Positions 13,550-25,439 of a DNA stretch of 64,000 nucleotides are shown in pieces. This DNA is from Azolla caroliniana (Eukaryota > Plantae > Polypodiophyta), in the NCBI GenBank assembly GCA_043228905.1, contig JBHGNT010000098.1, positions 1 through 64,000 on the forward strand, in the 5' to 3' direction. Made by a program: the position numbers and the translations under genes. Under the pieces are notes generated by a model. The model worked only from the letters and a program-made list of their open reading frames with translations, did not search any database and was not told the DNA's origin. Numbering within the stretch: the first letter of the stretch is position 1; each line of letters begins with the position of its first letter.

Positions 13550-14746
13550 TCATGGCTCTCTTTGCTCCTCTTGAGCATAATGCTTCACTCGGCCATCTCC
13601 TTGGTCATCTAATTTTCTTTTATCATTCTTTCTTGTTCCATTCATGCCTTTCGAAGGCCTTATCGAAATACTATTGTTGAGTACTCTTAGTGATTCGTTC
13701 TTTAGTGGCATGCTCTCCTCTAGGTCCTTAAGTGACCACATCGCATGCTTCCCACTTTGTCCACTTTTGTGGTATACTCTCGTCTTTGAGTTGACTATGA
13801 CTTCTACACTAGTATTATCCTTGTTAGATTTTGTGATCACATCTTTCATATCCGCTTGGCCCACTTGGCCCACATCTTTGCTTTTTGAGGTTTGCTTGGT
13901 CTCTTTGTCGTACACATTTTCTTTTTTCTTCATGCTTTGCTTGACCTCTTTGTCGCACACATGGACTTTCGTCATTTTGCTTTGCTTTACTTCCTTGTTG
14001 CACACATTGGCTTTAAACCTTGCTTCCTCCCCACCATCGTCCTTCGCTTGGGTCTTACATCGATTAATGCCCAAGTCTCTCAAACGAGTGTGGAGGAATT
14101 TTGTAGTTTGGCATTGCCCTTGTCGTGCTACTCTTTGCCACTTCCATCTTATGGTTATTCGTGTTGGCGTTGATCTTTGTTTTCTCACTGCCACCTTCCG
14201 TCTCTTGGCTCTTACATCGATTAATGCCCAAGTCTCAAGAACCTTTGTGGGGAGAGTCTCTTTATCATCGTCATCTACCCTCTTCAGCTTGACGTCTCCC
14301 TCTTCTTCACATGTGTTAGCTTCGGCCTTCACTTCCTTGCCACCACCTTCCGTCTCTTGGGTCTCACGTTTGCTTTCCGACGCATCTACCCAAGTCTCCG
14401 GAACAAGTGTGGAGAAAGTCTCGACATGGCCATCCACCATTGACTCATTCATAGCCATCTCTGAGTCGATGTCATTTTTCGTGGCTATCTCCTCAATCAT
14501 GTCGGCCTCACACCTTTTATCTCCCTTGATCATGCAAGCTTTGCTCATGCTTGCACCTTCATCACTTGATGTTTCAGACACGATGTGTGTTTCGAAACAT
14601 TTGTCTTTGCTTGAAGTGGCATTCGCCACCCTCGATTCATTTGTTTCATTCTTCATCATTGTTTCTTTGCAAGACGAGAAGGCATCTTGTTCCACATCTT
14701 CTCCCGTGGTGCTGTTGTACCGAACTTGGTCATATCTTGACTGCAC
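13550..14746 (-). CDS. Lys/Glu-rich low-complexity ORF (398 aa) of unknown function within the non-autonomous element
   Basis: Long open frame overlapping the gag end in another frame; internal repeats; no recognisable domain. Confidence 0.4.
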   Translation of the reverse strand: MQSRYDQVRYNSTTGEDVEQDAFSSCKETMMKNETNESRVANATSSKDKCFETHIVSETSSDEGASMSKACMIKGDKRCEADMIEEIATKNDIDSEMAMNESMVDGHVETFSTLVPETWVDASESKRETQETEGGGKEVKAEANTCEEEGDVKLKRVDDDDKETLPTKVLETWALIDVRAKRRKVAVRKQRSTPTRITIRWKWQRVARQGQCQTTKFLHTRLRDLGINRCKTQAKDDGGEEARFKANVCNKEVKQSKMTKVHVCDKEVKQSMKKKENVYDKETKQTSKSKDVGQVGQADMKDVITKSNKDNTSVEVIVNSKTRVYHKSGQSGKHAMWSLKDLEESMPLKNESLRVLNNSISIRPSKGMNGTRKNDKRKLDDQGDGRVKHYAQEEQREP

Positions 14747-15300
14747 CTTTGTTGGGAGGTCTCTTCTTCCTTAATAACCATTTTAATCGGTTTTGGTTCC
14801 ATTATAAGATTCTCTTTGGCCTCGACTTGCACCTTTAAATTCTCATATGCCTCGTTTATGAAGGCCTCTATGTCGAGTACAATCGAACCTTCCCTCTTCA
14901 AGCTCTCTTCTTTAGGTGGTAGTTTGTAGTTGCTTCTCGTTATCCTTTCACCATCCATCATGGGTTGTGTTGGTGCATATGAGAATCTTGTCTTCCTCTT
15001 ATCGTGCAGTTGACATACTCTTTCCACTTTTGTCCAATCCTCAGTGAGGCCATTTGCACCATCATCATCCTCAAGTCGGATTCCAATGGCATTCCTTTCC
15101 TTCCGGTCTATTGATCTCATGAACATTAGGACTCTTTCCACCCCTACCAATCTTTGATCCCGCTCCGAGAGTTGTGCAAAGCGACACTCGAACTCATCGA
15201 AAGCATGCATGGCACTTTGGTGGGTCTTTAATGATGATACCCATTGGTCGAACTCATATAGTTTGCATCTCTTCAGCTCTTTGTATCTATATGCTTCCAT
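14656..15300 (-). CDS. Gag-like ORF related to family A gag
   Basis: FDEFECRFAQLSERDQRLV..GLTEDWTKVERVC aligns with family A EECFARLSTLDKTVL..GLTTDSATVKGVC. Confidence 0.6.
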   Translation of the reverse strand: MEAYRYKELKRCKLYEFDQWVSSLKTHQSAMHAFDEFECRFAQLSERDQRLVGVERVLMFMRSIDRKERNAIGIRLEDDDGANGLTEDWTKVERVCQLHDKRKTRFSYAPTQPMMDGERITRSNYKLPPKEESLKREGSIVLDIEAFINEAYENLKVQVEAKENLIMEPKPIKMVIKEEETSQQRCSQDMTKFGTTAPREKMWNKMPSRLAKKQ

Positions 15301-15829
15301 GAGATATCCTCTTGCCGCCTCGTTTCACGTCGGGTTCACCAAAGATGTCGCGAAAATACGACCAGGATACGTGAACTTCAGGTAGGACCCCGGGGCCTCC
15401 GACCGGAAGATATCAGATTCGTATGATTATATTAAACAATTAATACAAAATGAGAAAGATTCACAAATTTCACTAATAAAGGGAAAGAAAGATTACAATC
15501 AATCTCAAGATTGCGATTACAAAAAGTTTAGCTAATGGAGATTACTAGAGTAATAGATAAGAGGAAATTAAGCTATAGATTCTTTAGAAATTAGGGTTTT
15601 TTGGCTTTGATAAGAGATTATGGTTTATGAGTTGAATAGCTTCCGTATGGAAATTTAGGGTTATGAGTAAGATATGGCTTCCGTAAGGAAATTAGGGATT
15701 ACGTGAGAGATATGGCTTCGATAAGATAGGGGAGTCGAGAAGGAAAAGAAAATAAAAATTGAGAGAGTATGAGTATAGGAAAAAAAATGGAATATATATG
15801 GACTTCCCCGTTGATCATATGCAAGTCCA

Positions 15830-15920
15830 CTTTTTGTTGCATGGCCTCTACTTTTAGTTGCATCTATTTTTAGTTGCATGGCCTCTACTTTTAGTTGCAT
15901 CTATTTTTAGTTGCATGGCT
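15830..15920. repeat. Short tandem repeat (TTTTAGTTGCAT core) within the LTR
   Basis: Five copies of TT(A/T)GTTGCAT with alternating spacers. Confidence 0.75.
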
Positions 15921-18900
15921 TTTTCTTTTAGTTTTCTTCACTTCACTTTAATTAGCCACATGATCCTATCATCCGTGAAAGCCGGCTAAGGTGGAAGCCA
16001 TATCCGTGATGGAGGACTGCATGTTGGTTACAGAAGTCTAAAGGTTTTGGGGAGCTTGCACCTTCTATCATATCTTGATTCCGCATTCCACACACGTCGC
16101 AGAACCACTCTACGAGCTGCTGAAGAAGGGGCATAAATTCGAATGGGGCAAGGAGCATACAGAGTCGATCCGGAGACTGAAGGAGGCACTTACTACGGCA
16201 TCGGCTCTCCAGAAAGCGTTTTACAGCAAGGAGGTCCCAATCTATGTAACTGTAGATACGAGCCCGATCGGGATAGGATGGGTGATCAACCAGGAGGACG
16301 AGAGTGGCACGCGGTTCCCGATCCGGTTCGGGCCAAAGATTCTCAATGAGCGACAGCAAGGATATGGCCAAGTAAACTGTGAACTGTGGGGTATCGTGTC
16401 GGCGGTCAAGGCCGATAAAGACTACTTGATCGGGACAGAAGTAATCATCGAGACGGACTGCCTGCCGATCCTCGGTATGGTTTCCGGATGCGCAACTCTG
16501 GACCTGGCAATGCTCAGGTGGATCGCGTATATTAATTCCTTGGGTCCGGAGATACGACACATGTCCGGAAAGGACAACACCATGGCCGATATGCTTTCTA
16601 GAGCGCGGTTCGACGACAACAACGACAACGACATGGTTTCGGAGGACGAAGAAGTCGGCGTAGACTTCTTCGAGTCGGCTCGCGTAGCGACAAGGGCAGG
16701 GAGCACTCCGGTGCTTAACGAGTTGAATGAGAGTGTGTACAATGGGGAGTGGCTCCAAATTGGAAGGTTCCTGAGGACCAGAGAGGAGGCTAACAAGATC
16801 CGGAAGAAAGCGTACCGATTCTTCCTACGGGACAGAAGTATATGGAAGCTCCCAAAGAAGCAAGGCGATGTTCCGCTCCATGTAGTGGCGAGAAAGGACG
16901 AGCAGGACAAGTTGTTAGTTCGGCGTACCACGAGAGTCCTTGAGCCGGACACCGCGGGACGTGGGCCACGTTCGAGAAACTGGAAGAGAAGTATTGGTGG
17001 TCGGGGTTGTACTGGGATGTGTACCAGTTCGTGACGATGTGCGAAAGTTGTCAGCTGCACTCCACAGTCCAACATCGAGATGAGCTACACCCAACCTACT
17101 CGCCAACCGTCCATTTCAAGTGGATGGTAGACTTAGTAATGATGACAATGGGGGTAGGGCAGATGCGGTACCTGGTGCTTGCGCGGGAGGATTTGATGAA
17201 CCAGGTGGAGGGCTGCACATTGAAGAACAAGACGACTGCAGTGGTGTGCCAGTTTCTGATCGAAGAGGTAGTATGCCGGTACGGGTACGTGGGGAAGATC
17301 ATAGCGGACCGAGGAGAGCTAGACGCGCAAGAAGCTGAGGAGTTGTTCGATTGGCTAAGGGTCAAGCTCTCTCTCACCACGGCATACAATCCGAAGGCCA
17401 ACGGGAAGGTAGAACGCAAGCACGGGCTGATCGTGAAGGCGCTAGTACACGCATGCAACGGACAGGTCGGGAATTTTCCGTGGCTCCTTCCTTACACGTT
17501 GTGGGCGGACCGGACTACGCACAATTCGATAACCGGGTTCACGCCAACGGAGCTGATGTACGGGCAGAAGCCAATCATGCTCGTTCGGTGATAGACTGGA
17601 GAAACGAGATGAACCGGGAATAGTTGTTGGAGGTGCGGATTCGACAGCTCAAGCGAAGACCGGAGGACATGGAGCGAGCAAAGGCAAAGCTATATGCGGC
17701 GAGGGAGAGGGACAAAGGCCGGTTCGACTAAAAGCACTGATTGCGTCCAAAGAAGATCGCGGAAGGCGACTGGGTGTTGGTGTACGACAACAACCTCGAC
17801 AACTAGCAGAAGGCAACGCGCAAATTCATGAGGAGGTGGTTCGGGCCCTACGCCATTAAGAGCGCGAATGACAACGGGACGTACCATCTTGCAGAGCTTG
17901 ACGGGACGCGATTAACAATGCCGGAAGCCGGGAAGCAGATCAAGGAGTTCAAGAAGCGGCATGAGGACGACCTGGATCCGGGAAGCGTGACCGACGACGA
18001 CAACCGGCTCGGAGCAGACGAGGATTCGGGAGATGACAGATGATTATGGGCCGGTCTTCTCTGGGAATTGTTCGTGTCTGGCGCATACCGGTGGATGCAC
18101 GGTTTGGTGGGGGTGGATGTCGTGAAGAAAACCGGCCCTAAGAGGAATCATGGAGTTAAAGGCGTGAACCCGCCCTTTCACGAGTGTGCGTGAATTGATA
18201 CATTGTATATAACTAGGAGGACAACTGATGTTAATATACTGGGTATAACATATTTATTAATTAGGAAATCGATGTGTATCTCTATCCAAAGGGACAGAGA
18301 ATAAAGTTGACGTGTTTTGATGTAACGGCCTCCTCGGTGACCTATAAAAAGGGAGGGAAGAAGAAAAAGATATTATCATGTTTTGGGCAAGGACGAGGTG
18401 CTATCGGATTGGGAACCGAGCTCTCTCCTCTATCATCATTCTCTGCAGGGTTGCAATTGTTGTAATCGTCACTGTTATCGAAATGGAATCTCTTGTTCTC
18501 ATCTATCTGTGTTTTTGGGTGTCTCCCCTTTAGTTTCTCTCGAGTGTGCTTCTTGATTAAGTCGGGATACGTGTTGATGGTTCATTTAGCGGGCAAGTCC
18601 TGTCGGTTGCTGACAGGTCTAGCAAGCGTTACACTTGCATGCTCCTCAGTTCCTCTTGTCTCTCTTGCTCCTCGGTTCAGGGCCCCCATGGTCCCGCCTT
18701 ATTTTCACATGCATAAGAGAAACAACACGACAACGTCGAGATAGATCAACACTTCTTTGTGTAGGAGTCATGCTCACACGCGGTGATACTCAGTGGACCG
18801 AACATTACGGCGGCACCCATGGAAACGAAGGTGCTCGACAACAGTTCGGCATACGCCCGCATGAAGAGCCAGGACGGGCAGCACTTCGTTCAATTCCTCA

Positions 18901-19340
18901 CCGTACGACCGAACCATGAGCGGAACCGTGAAACCCTCGGCAGCGGCGAATGAGGGGATTTTTAGAAAGGGCTATCAAGGCATGGGGCCGCGATAGTCCG
19001 GACACCCTAGAGGATCCCCACACATGTACCAAAGGAAGGAAATTTTGGTTCTCCGATAATGGAGGTTCCACTATAACCGGCATCAGCGGCCGGGAAAAGA
19101 AGTGGGCGGAGGAATGACTCAAGACATGCAGAGTCCTCGACCCCGATGAAGAAATTAGCGGCGCCATGGAGGCCGTCTCTTTTGACGACACCTTGGGGGA
19201 CACTACGGAAGGTGTTCGTAGAAGGCCTCAGTAAGGACTGGACGATCCCGGTTAGTTCTGTGGAGATGTACGAAGTCATCGCGGGCTTTGGGGGTAGGGT
19301 TGAGTCGGACCAAACGGCTCGCGTGGATACAAGGTACAAG

Positions 19341-20810
19341 TCACATTGACAATGGAGAAACTACTACAGTTAGTTCCACGGTTCCGACGATGAGGACCAG
19401 TTAGCCAGAGTCGGCAAACAAAGGAACGCCGGTATACACTGAATGGGGATGGAACTACCCCCATTAAACACGGCCCTTGTGGAGGTTCATAGGGAACTGG
19501 CAAGTTCAGTATGGACACCAAGGATATGGCGATTAAAAATAAAAATGTCTGGAAAAAGGTTAAACTTAGCCAAGCCGAGCTACAAAAAGCCAATGAACGC
19601 ATCACGGAGTTGGAAAACAATGCGACTACGACGCAACAGGCAGCTCCACCACCAGCCAATGCCGTCGAAGCCCTGCGGGAAGAGGTTGAGGCTCAGACCG
19701 CCATTGCCTCAAAAGCAAAATGGGTCGTACAACTAGCGGAATCAGAGATTGACCGCCTCCGTGCGGAACTTTGCCAGTCCTCAGACGGAGAGAAAGATAT
19801 CTGGGCCAACGGCCGAAAAGCATTGAAGACCCTGGAAGAGAAACTCGTAGCGGAGACAGCATAGCACACCTGTACGAAAGAAGAAAACGCCCAATTACAA
19901 GAGGAAGCGAAAAAATCGGAAGCGGCAATTGCAGGACTTCAGGCCTTATTAGAGAAGAAAGAAACATGGTTCGACGAGCAACTGGTAGGAGAACAGGACA
20001 GAAGACATCACCTCGAAATTCGCCTGAACAATGAAATGGGAAAATTGGAGGAACTACATGAGAAGGAATCCCAACTTTGGGCAGGAATGAGGAGCACTTA
20101 TGAAGAAGCGGCGACAATTAATCAGCAAGAGATTGCAAACCTCAAGAAGTCTGTAGCAGAAGCACGCAACCGTTGCCAAGCCATAATAGACAACGTGTGT
20201 ATCCTTCTACAAATGAATCGTGAGAGGTTTACGGCGCAATTAAAAACAACGTTAGACAAAGGATGGACAGCGTGGGCTTCCCAAGCGGCGAAATTACATG
20301 CATATCGAGCGGATTGGGAGAACCGAAGGAAAGATGGCCACAGGTTCTATAAACTCAATGAGGAAAGCATTGCGGCAGTACGCGAGGACCTAGCGCAGGA
20401 CTATCGCACGCTAGCGGACCAACATTCCGAGGAACTGGCGCAACTACTAGATGATTTTGGTGAAAGTCAGGAGGACCTGTTTTACCAGATCATGCAAGGC
20501 GACAGCACACAAATAAATGAGGAATCCATCGTGACACCAATTCCGGATATTGTCGAACAAGAGGAACCTCCGGCCATGTCACCCAAAATTACCACTACGG
20601 TGAAGAGCACGGAATGGTGAGCGGAGTCCCTCGCAATACCAGACGGCGAAACCACCGCCCAAGAGAAATCCCATCCACGGGAGCATATGTGTATGGCCGA
20701 CCGCGCAGAGAACGTTCCGGACCAACAGGAACCGTAACCCCACTCCCTAGAACATGCAACAACGGCCAAAATCACGGAAGATGTGACGCACTTAGGAATT
20801 GGTTGTAGCC
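19341..20810 (+). pseudogene. Disrupted coiled-coil retrotransposon extra ORF, homologous to 28638..29822
   Basis: LKTTLDKGWTAWA..LHAYRADWENRRKDGHRFYKLNEE..VREDLAQDYRTLA aligns with TKSLIDNGSVKWW..LQLLRADVENRRKEGDDCYMLTSE..IRDELAEDFQALA. Confidence 0.7.
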
Positions 20811-20819
20811 ATCTCCTCC

Positions 20820-22570
20820 CATTACGTTGTAGGATACACTGGGATATCCTCTCACGACTTACGATTACCATTCCACACAATGCAATCACCTTGGTGTCTA
20901 CCTCGAAGGACTAAGTGTAGACAACTGTTCCTAATCGGTAACAGTGACCAACAATGGACGTCACGGTCCTGGCGGCCCACTTGACTCGCCTTCGTCGGTC
21001 CCCCATTCATAACTTGTTGTATAAGCCTATTGATATGTAATAGCCACCGGATTCAGGGCATGTAACCGTCTTGTTGTAAAACTCTTGTAATATATATTCA
21101 TGTTAGAGTATATCTATCTTCCTTGTAACATATTTGAGTCGGGTCCATATTCGCAGTGAGTCATCTTTTGTGAAACCCTACATTCGTTGGAGCCAGAAGC
21201 CGGTTCTGGACCAAAGCCTACAAAGCTTAAGGACTCCACCATCTGTCTCCCTAGTCCAAGACCCCCGCGGTCCCGCCTTAGATCCTACACGTACCCGCAG
21301 AAAGCCGCGACATATTTGGTGAACCCGACGTGAAGGTCAGCAAGGGAGAATGGAGGTGGATGAAGAAGAGTTCGTGGTGAAGGCAATGTCGAAGGTGAGG
21401 ATGAACAGACACGGAAGAAGGGTGGACGAGAAACAGTTTGGAAACCGTTGAGAGTGTGGTCGAAGAAGTCGATCATTGGAGTGGGGATTGGGTCCCAAAA
21501 ATTTTAAAGCCCACGATGCTTGGATTGAAAGGCAATGAGGAGATGTATGGGAGGCAACGAGGCTAAAGTGTTTGCCGGGCAGTGGTAGCCGTATGGCATG
21601 AAGAGGACAAAGAGCTTCAAGAAGGTCACGGTTTGGGGTCCTTCGAGGGAGTTATCAAAGATGCACGGGCATGGGTGGTCGAAGAGGCAAAATTTAGAGG
21701 TCGAGAAGGAATTCGCCTTCTTGATGGATGCGGAATAATGAGGAGGCCGTGTAGGGGTCCGGGTTCGGTACGATGGTGCCATTATGGGGAAGGTGTGGAA
21801 CAAGTCACCTTTTCAACTTGAGGAGGAATACACCTCCCTACACGCGGAGGACGCGACCCTCTTGTCTAGCGGAAAGGGGATGGCCATGGATGAGCCCGAT
21901 GACTACGGAATGGGAAGAGCCACTTCGAGCATGGGCGGAGGATTCCGGGCACGGTTGCCCAAAACATCAAGCAGCGAGGAGTCAGTTACCGAAGTGGGTA
22001 TCTGATACGGAATAACGGACGAGAGGGACAAAGAACGAGCATGCACCCGGAAGAGCGGTAACGAGTGACTGGTGATAACGGTCCGGTCGAGCCTTTGAGA
22101 GGCATGTACGGGACGAAAAGCGCAACGGTGAGTTGCCGAGATCGGTGGATGAACACGGAAGCGAAGAACGAAGATCGGTCCTATGGGTCACCTCACACCA
22201 GGCTAGAGACTTTGACGGTTGGCATTGGATTTGACATAAGACCAAGATACTGACGGTGGTGGCAAGAGAATGGGAGCTGGCAATGCGGAGTGATGGACGG
22301 ACCTGGATGAGAACCGGGCGGAGCGGACTTCCGGATAACCGATCTGGGAGGGAGGAGAAAGCAGGCCTACGGAGAGGCCGGGAACACGGTACGTCGATAC
22401 CACAGTAGAGGGTGTGGAGTGAGCCACCCTCTCGACTTGCGGAGAAAGGCGACCCGGGATAAGGGTCAGAGATACGGCAAGCACAAGGAGGATCCTTCAC
22501 ACCGGTTCTAGAGACTCCAACAGTCGGCTCGAGAGCTGGCATGAGACCTAGATTGACAGGCGGTGGTGGC
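20820..22570 (+). mobile_element. Truncated LTR element with tRNA-Trp PBS and decayed internal region
   Basis: LTR end CCGCGACA at 21312; perfect TGGTGAACCCGACGTGAA at 21317; outer limits approximate. Confidence 0.55.
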
Positions 22571-22574
22571 GAGG

Positions 22575-25420
22575 GGATTACAAGAACATGCTAAACATGT
22601 CCAGTTTGTTTTACAAACATTACGTGACAAACAATTTTATGCAAATATCTCAAAATGTGAGTTCTTCAAGAAATCAATTACTTATCTTGGACATCTCATG
22701 ACCGAACGAGGGGTTGAAATTGATCTGTCTCGCATCGAGAAAATCAAGCTTTGGCCCACTGTTCGGAATATTCAAAAAGTTCGATCATTCCTTGGTTTTG
22801 TCACGTTTTTACGAAAATCCCTTCATAATTACTCCTAATTGACGACGTTGTTTACTGATCTTCTAAAAGGTCAAACGCGTAAGTCTACAAAGCCTATTGT
22901 CTAGAATGCTACACTAGACCTCGCCTTTAAGGAACTCAAGGACCTGGTGTGCAAGGGTCCTTCACTTCTTTTACCTGATCCTTCAAAACATTTTGAGATT
23001 GAAACCGATGCAAGAGATTATGCTATAGGTGTTGTCTTATATCAAGATGGTAAACCAATAGCATTCGAGAGTAAGAAACTTGATTCTGCTCAATGTCGGT
23101 ATACCGTTCAAGAAAAGGAATTATTTGCAGTTATACATGCACTCAAAAAATGGCGCCATTATCTTTATGGAAATCGCTTTGTGGTAATTATGGACCACGA
23201 GTCCTTGAAATATTTTTGTGACCAACAAGACCTGAAAGGTCGTAAGGCACGATGGGCTGATCTCATCCAGGACTTTGATTTTTCCATATGATATCGTAAA
23301 CGTTCCATGAACACTATCGTTGATGCACTAAGTCACATCCGTGAAGTTAACATGCTTAGTTTCACTGAAATAACATCAAATATTTATGATCACCTTCGAG
23401 GAAAGTATCCTGATGATAGTTATTTTGCAAAATATTGGGCAAGAGTTGAGTCTAGAACAGACACCACCACATCCTCGAAGGAATACTTCCACATTGTTAA
23501 CGGTCTGCTCTACCGTAATGGGAAGGTTTGTGTTCTAGATTTACCCGAGGTCAAAAAGAGGATTCTTTTTTAATGCCATGATGCACCCTCAACAAGGCAC
23601 CCTAGATTACATCGCACACTCGTTCTCATCTCCACTCAATTCTATTGGCCTAAGATGCGCCCTGACATACATAGTTATGTGACTAAATGTCACCAATGTC
23701 AGGTTAACAAAGCCGAACGACTTAAAGCCACATGACTTTTACATCCCTTGGACATTCCCAATAATAAGTGGGAAAGTATATCCATGGATTTTATTGTTAG
23801 CCTTCCTCGCACCCAAAAAGGCCATGATGCCATTTGGGTTGTGGTTGATAGACTAACTAAAATGGCCAGATTTATTGCTACTAAAACCACCTTAATAGCT
23901 CCTGAATTGCCTTACCAATTTGTTGACGAGTTATTTCATTTTTATGGGTTACCAAAGGATATTGTGAGTGATCGAGATCCAAAGTATACTAGTGACTTAT
24001 GGACGCAAGTCTTCAAGAAGTTAGAAACTACATTGAGCATGAGCTCCACGGATCATCCTCAATCCGATGGATAAACAGAACGAGTAAATCAAATTATTGA
24101 GGACATGCGTTGAGCATATGTTGGTACAAAACCAACAAAATGGGAATGTTATCTCCCGATTCTCGAGTTTGCTTATAACAGCTCCAAGCATACGTTGACA
24201 GGATATAGTCCTTTTATGTTGATGTATGGTTTTCAGCCACGTGCCCCAATTGATGTTAATATACATCATGATGAGTTGCGAAGTACGCAAAACGTTTTTT
24301 GGGATATGCAAGATATGTTGCATATTGCACGAGATAATATAAAATCAGCTCAAGATAGAGCGTGTTTTTATGCTGATCATCATAGGCAACTTCGTGTATT
24401 CAACCCTAGACAAAAGGTATTTTTACGTGTACCTCACAATTCTAAGGCATTGTCTAAGGGTAAGTGCGCTAAGTTAGCCCCACAGTTTTGTGGACCTTTT
24501 ATAGTCCTAAAACGCATTGGGTCATGAGCCTATCATCTCGCTCTTCCCGATGGTGTTGAAATTCATCTAGTTTTTAATGTGAGTCGTCTAAAAGAACTTC
24601 TAGGTTCTAGCGACAATACAGTTACAACTGAAACTCTGGTTAGTTTTGAAGAATTATCTTCTAAACCACATGTACCAGAAAGAATTCTCGATGTTAAACC
24701 AAAAAAGTTACGTACTAAAGAAATCTGAGATTTTAAAATAAAATGGATGGATAAATCAATAAAAGATGCCACATGGGAATGCAAAAATTCACTCACTGCT
24801 AACTTCCCTAACTTTCCATTGCAAGAGTGCAATGTTTTAAAGAGGGGGAGTATGTTACGGGCATAAACATATAATATCCCATGGTGAGAATTTACCGTAG
24901 TATTCTATACACGTGGATAAGTGTGAGGGTTAAGCGACAGTGTAAAGAAGGGGAGGATTACTTGTAATCCTCCGGATTAAGACAACCCATTAGGACACGT
25001 GTGACCTTGCCTAGGGGCCTTGGGTATTGCTATAAATAAGAGGCCTACCTACCCTCATTTCATCATCTTTTGACTACGTCGAGACTCTGTTAATTAATTA
25101 ACAAAATGATGGTTTCCTTTTGATTTCTTCCCTTGTTAAGTGGGTTGCGTACAAGTATTCGATCACTCGAAATCGACTTCAAGCGTTAGTCACTTCCCCG
25201 ACAACGACGCCAAATAGATGTGTAGGATCTATGTATCGGCGGAGTTAAACCCTCGTCGATGTCGTTTGCAGAGCTCGGACCGGCGTATACTCTTTTGATG
25301 GCGAATCGGGCGAAGATGGTTGTCGGACACCTCCGAGCCTCACACTCACTTAATGATTAATTGATTATTAGGTGCGATATCTCTCTCACTCTCTCAAGCT
25401 CTCTCACTCACTTGCTTGAT
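22575..25420 (+). mobile_element. 3' half of a chromovirus: RT end, RNase H, integrase, chromodomain, PPT, 3' LTR from 24853
   Basis: FEIETDARDYAIG..EKELFAVIHALKKWRHYL; WESISMDFIVSLP..IVSDRDPKY; chromodomain-like PERILD..KIKW..DATWE; PPT AAGAGGGGGAG at 24840; LTR 3' end not resolved. Confidence 0.85.
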
Positions 25421-25439
25421 AGTTTGATGTGAAAAGTTC

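Larger units (their letters stand above)
13297..15970 (-). mobile_element. Non-autonomous tRNA-Trp-primed LTR element nested in family A copy 2 (gag-like ORF plus low-complexity ORF)
   Basis: LTR ends at 13297 and 15346 share about 95 bp; perfect PBS at 15324-15341; 3' terminal/PPT region (13395-13430) matches family A 18079-18117; right boundary approximate. Confidence 0.75.
11181..18732 (+). mobile_element. Gypsy family A copy 2, both LTRs (11181-11798, 18118-18732), internally deleted; gag, RNase H and integrase remnants
   Basis: Similar LTR pair; PBS at 11803; purine-rich GGTGGGGGTGGA before 18118; 4-bp TSD ACGT; RNase H IYVTVDTSPIGIGWVI (16075..); integrase IIADRGEL..NGKVER (17007..17591). 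Confidence 0.88.
8743..19340 (+). mobile_element. Gypsy family A copy 1 (tRNA-Trp PBS): 5' LTR 8743-9314, degenerate gag/protease, split by copy 2, 3'-truncated
   Basis: LTR TGTTGTG..CACGACA; PBS TGGTGAACCCGATGTGAA at 9319; gag 9474..10463; protease ALIDHGS; frame NIGDV|EIDQHFFV resumes after 18732. Confidence 0.8.

Noticed and set aside
13644-14774. 376-aa plus-strand ORF
   Set aside because: Antisense shadow of the low-complexity minus-strand ORF
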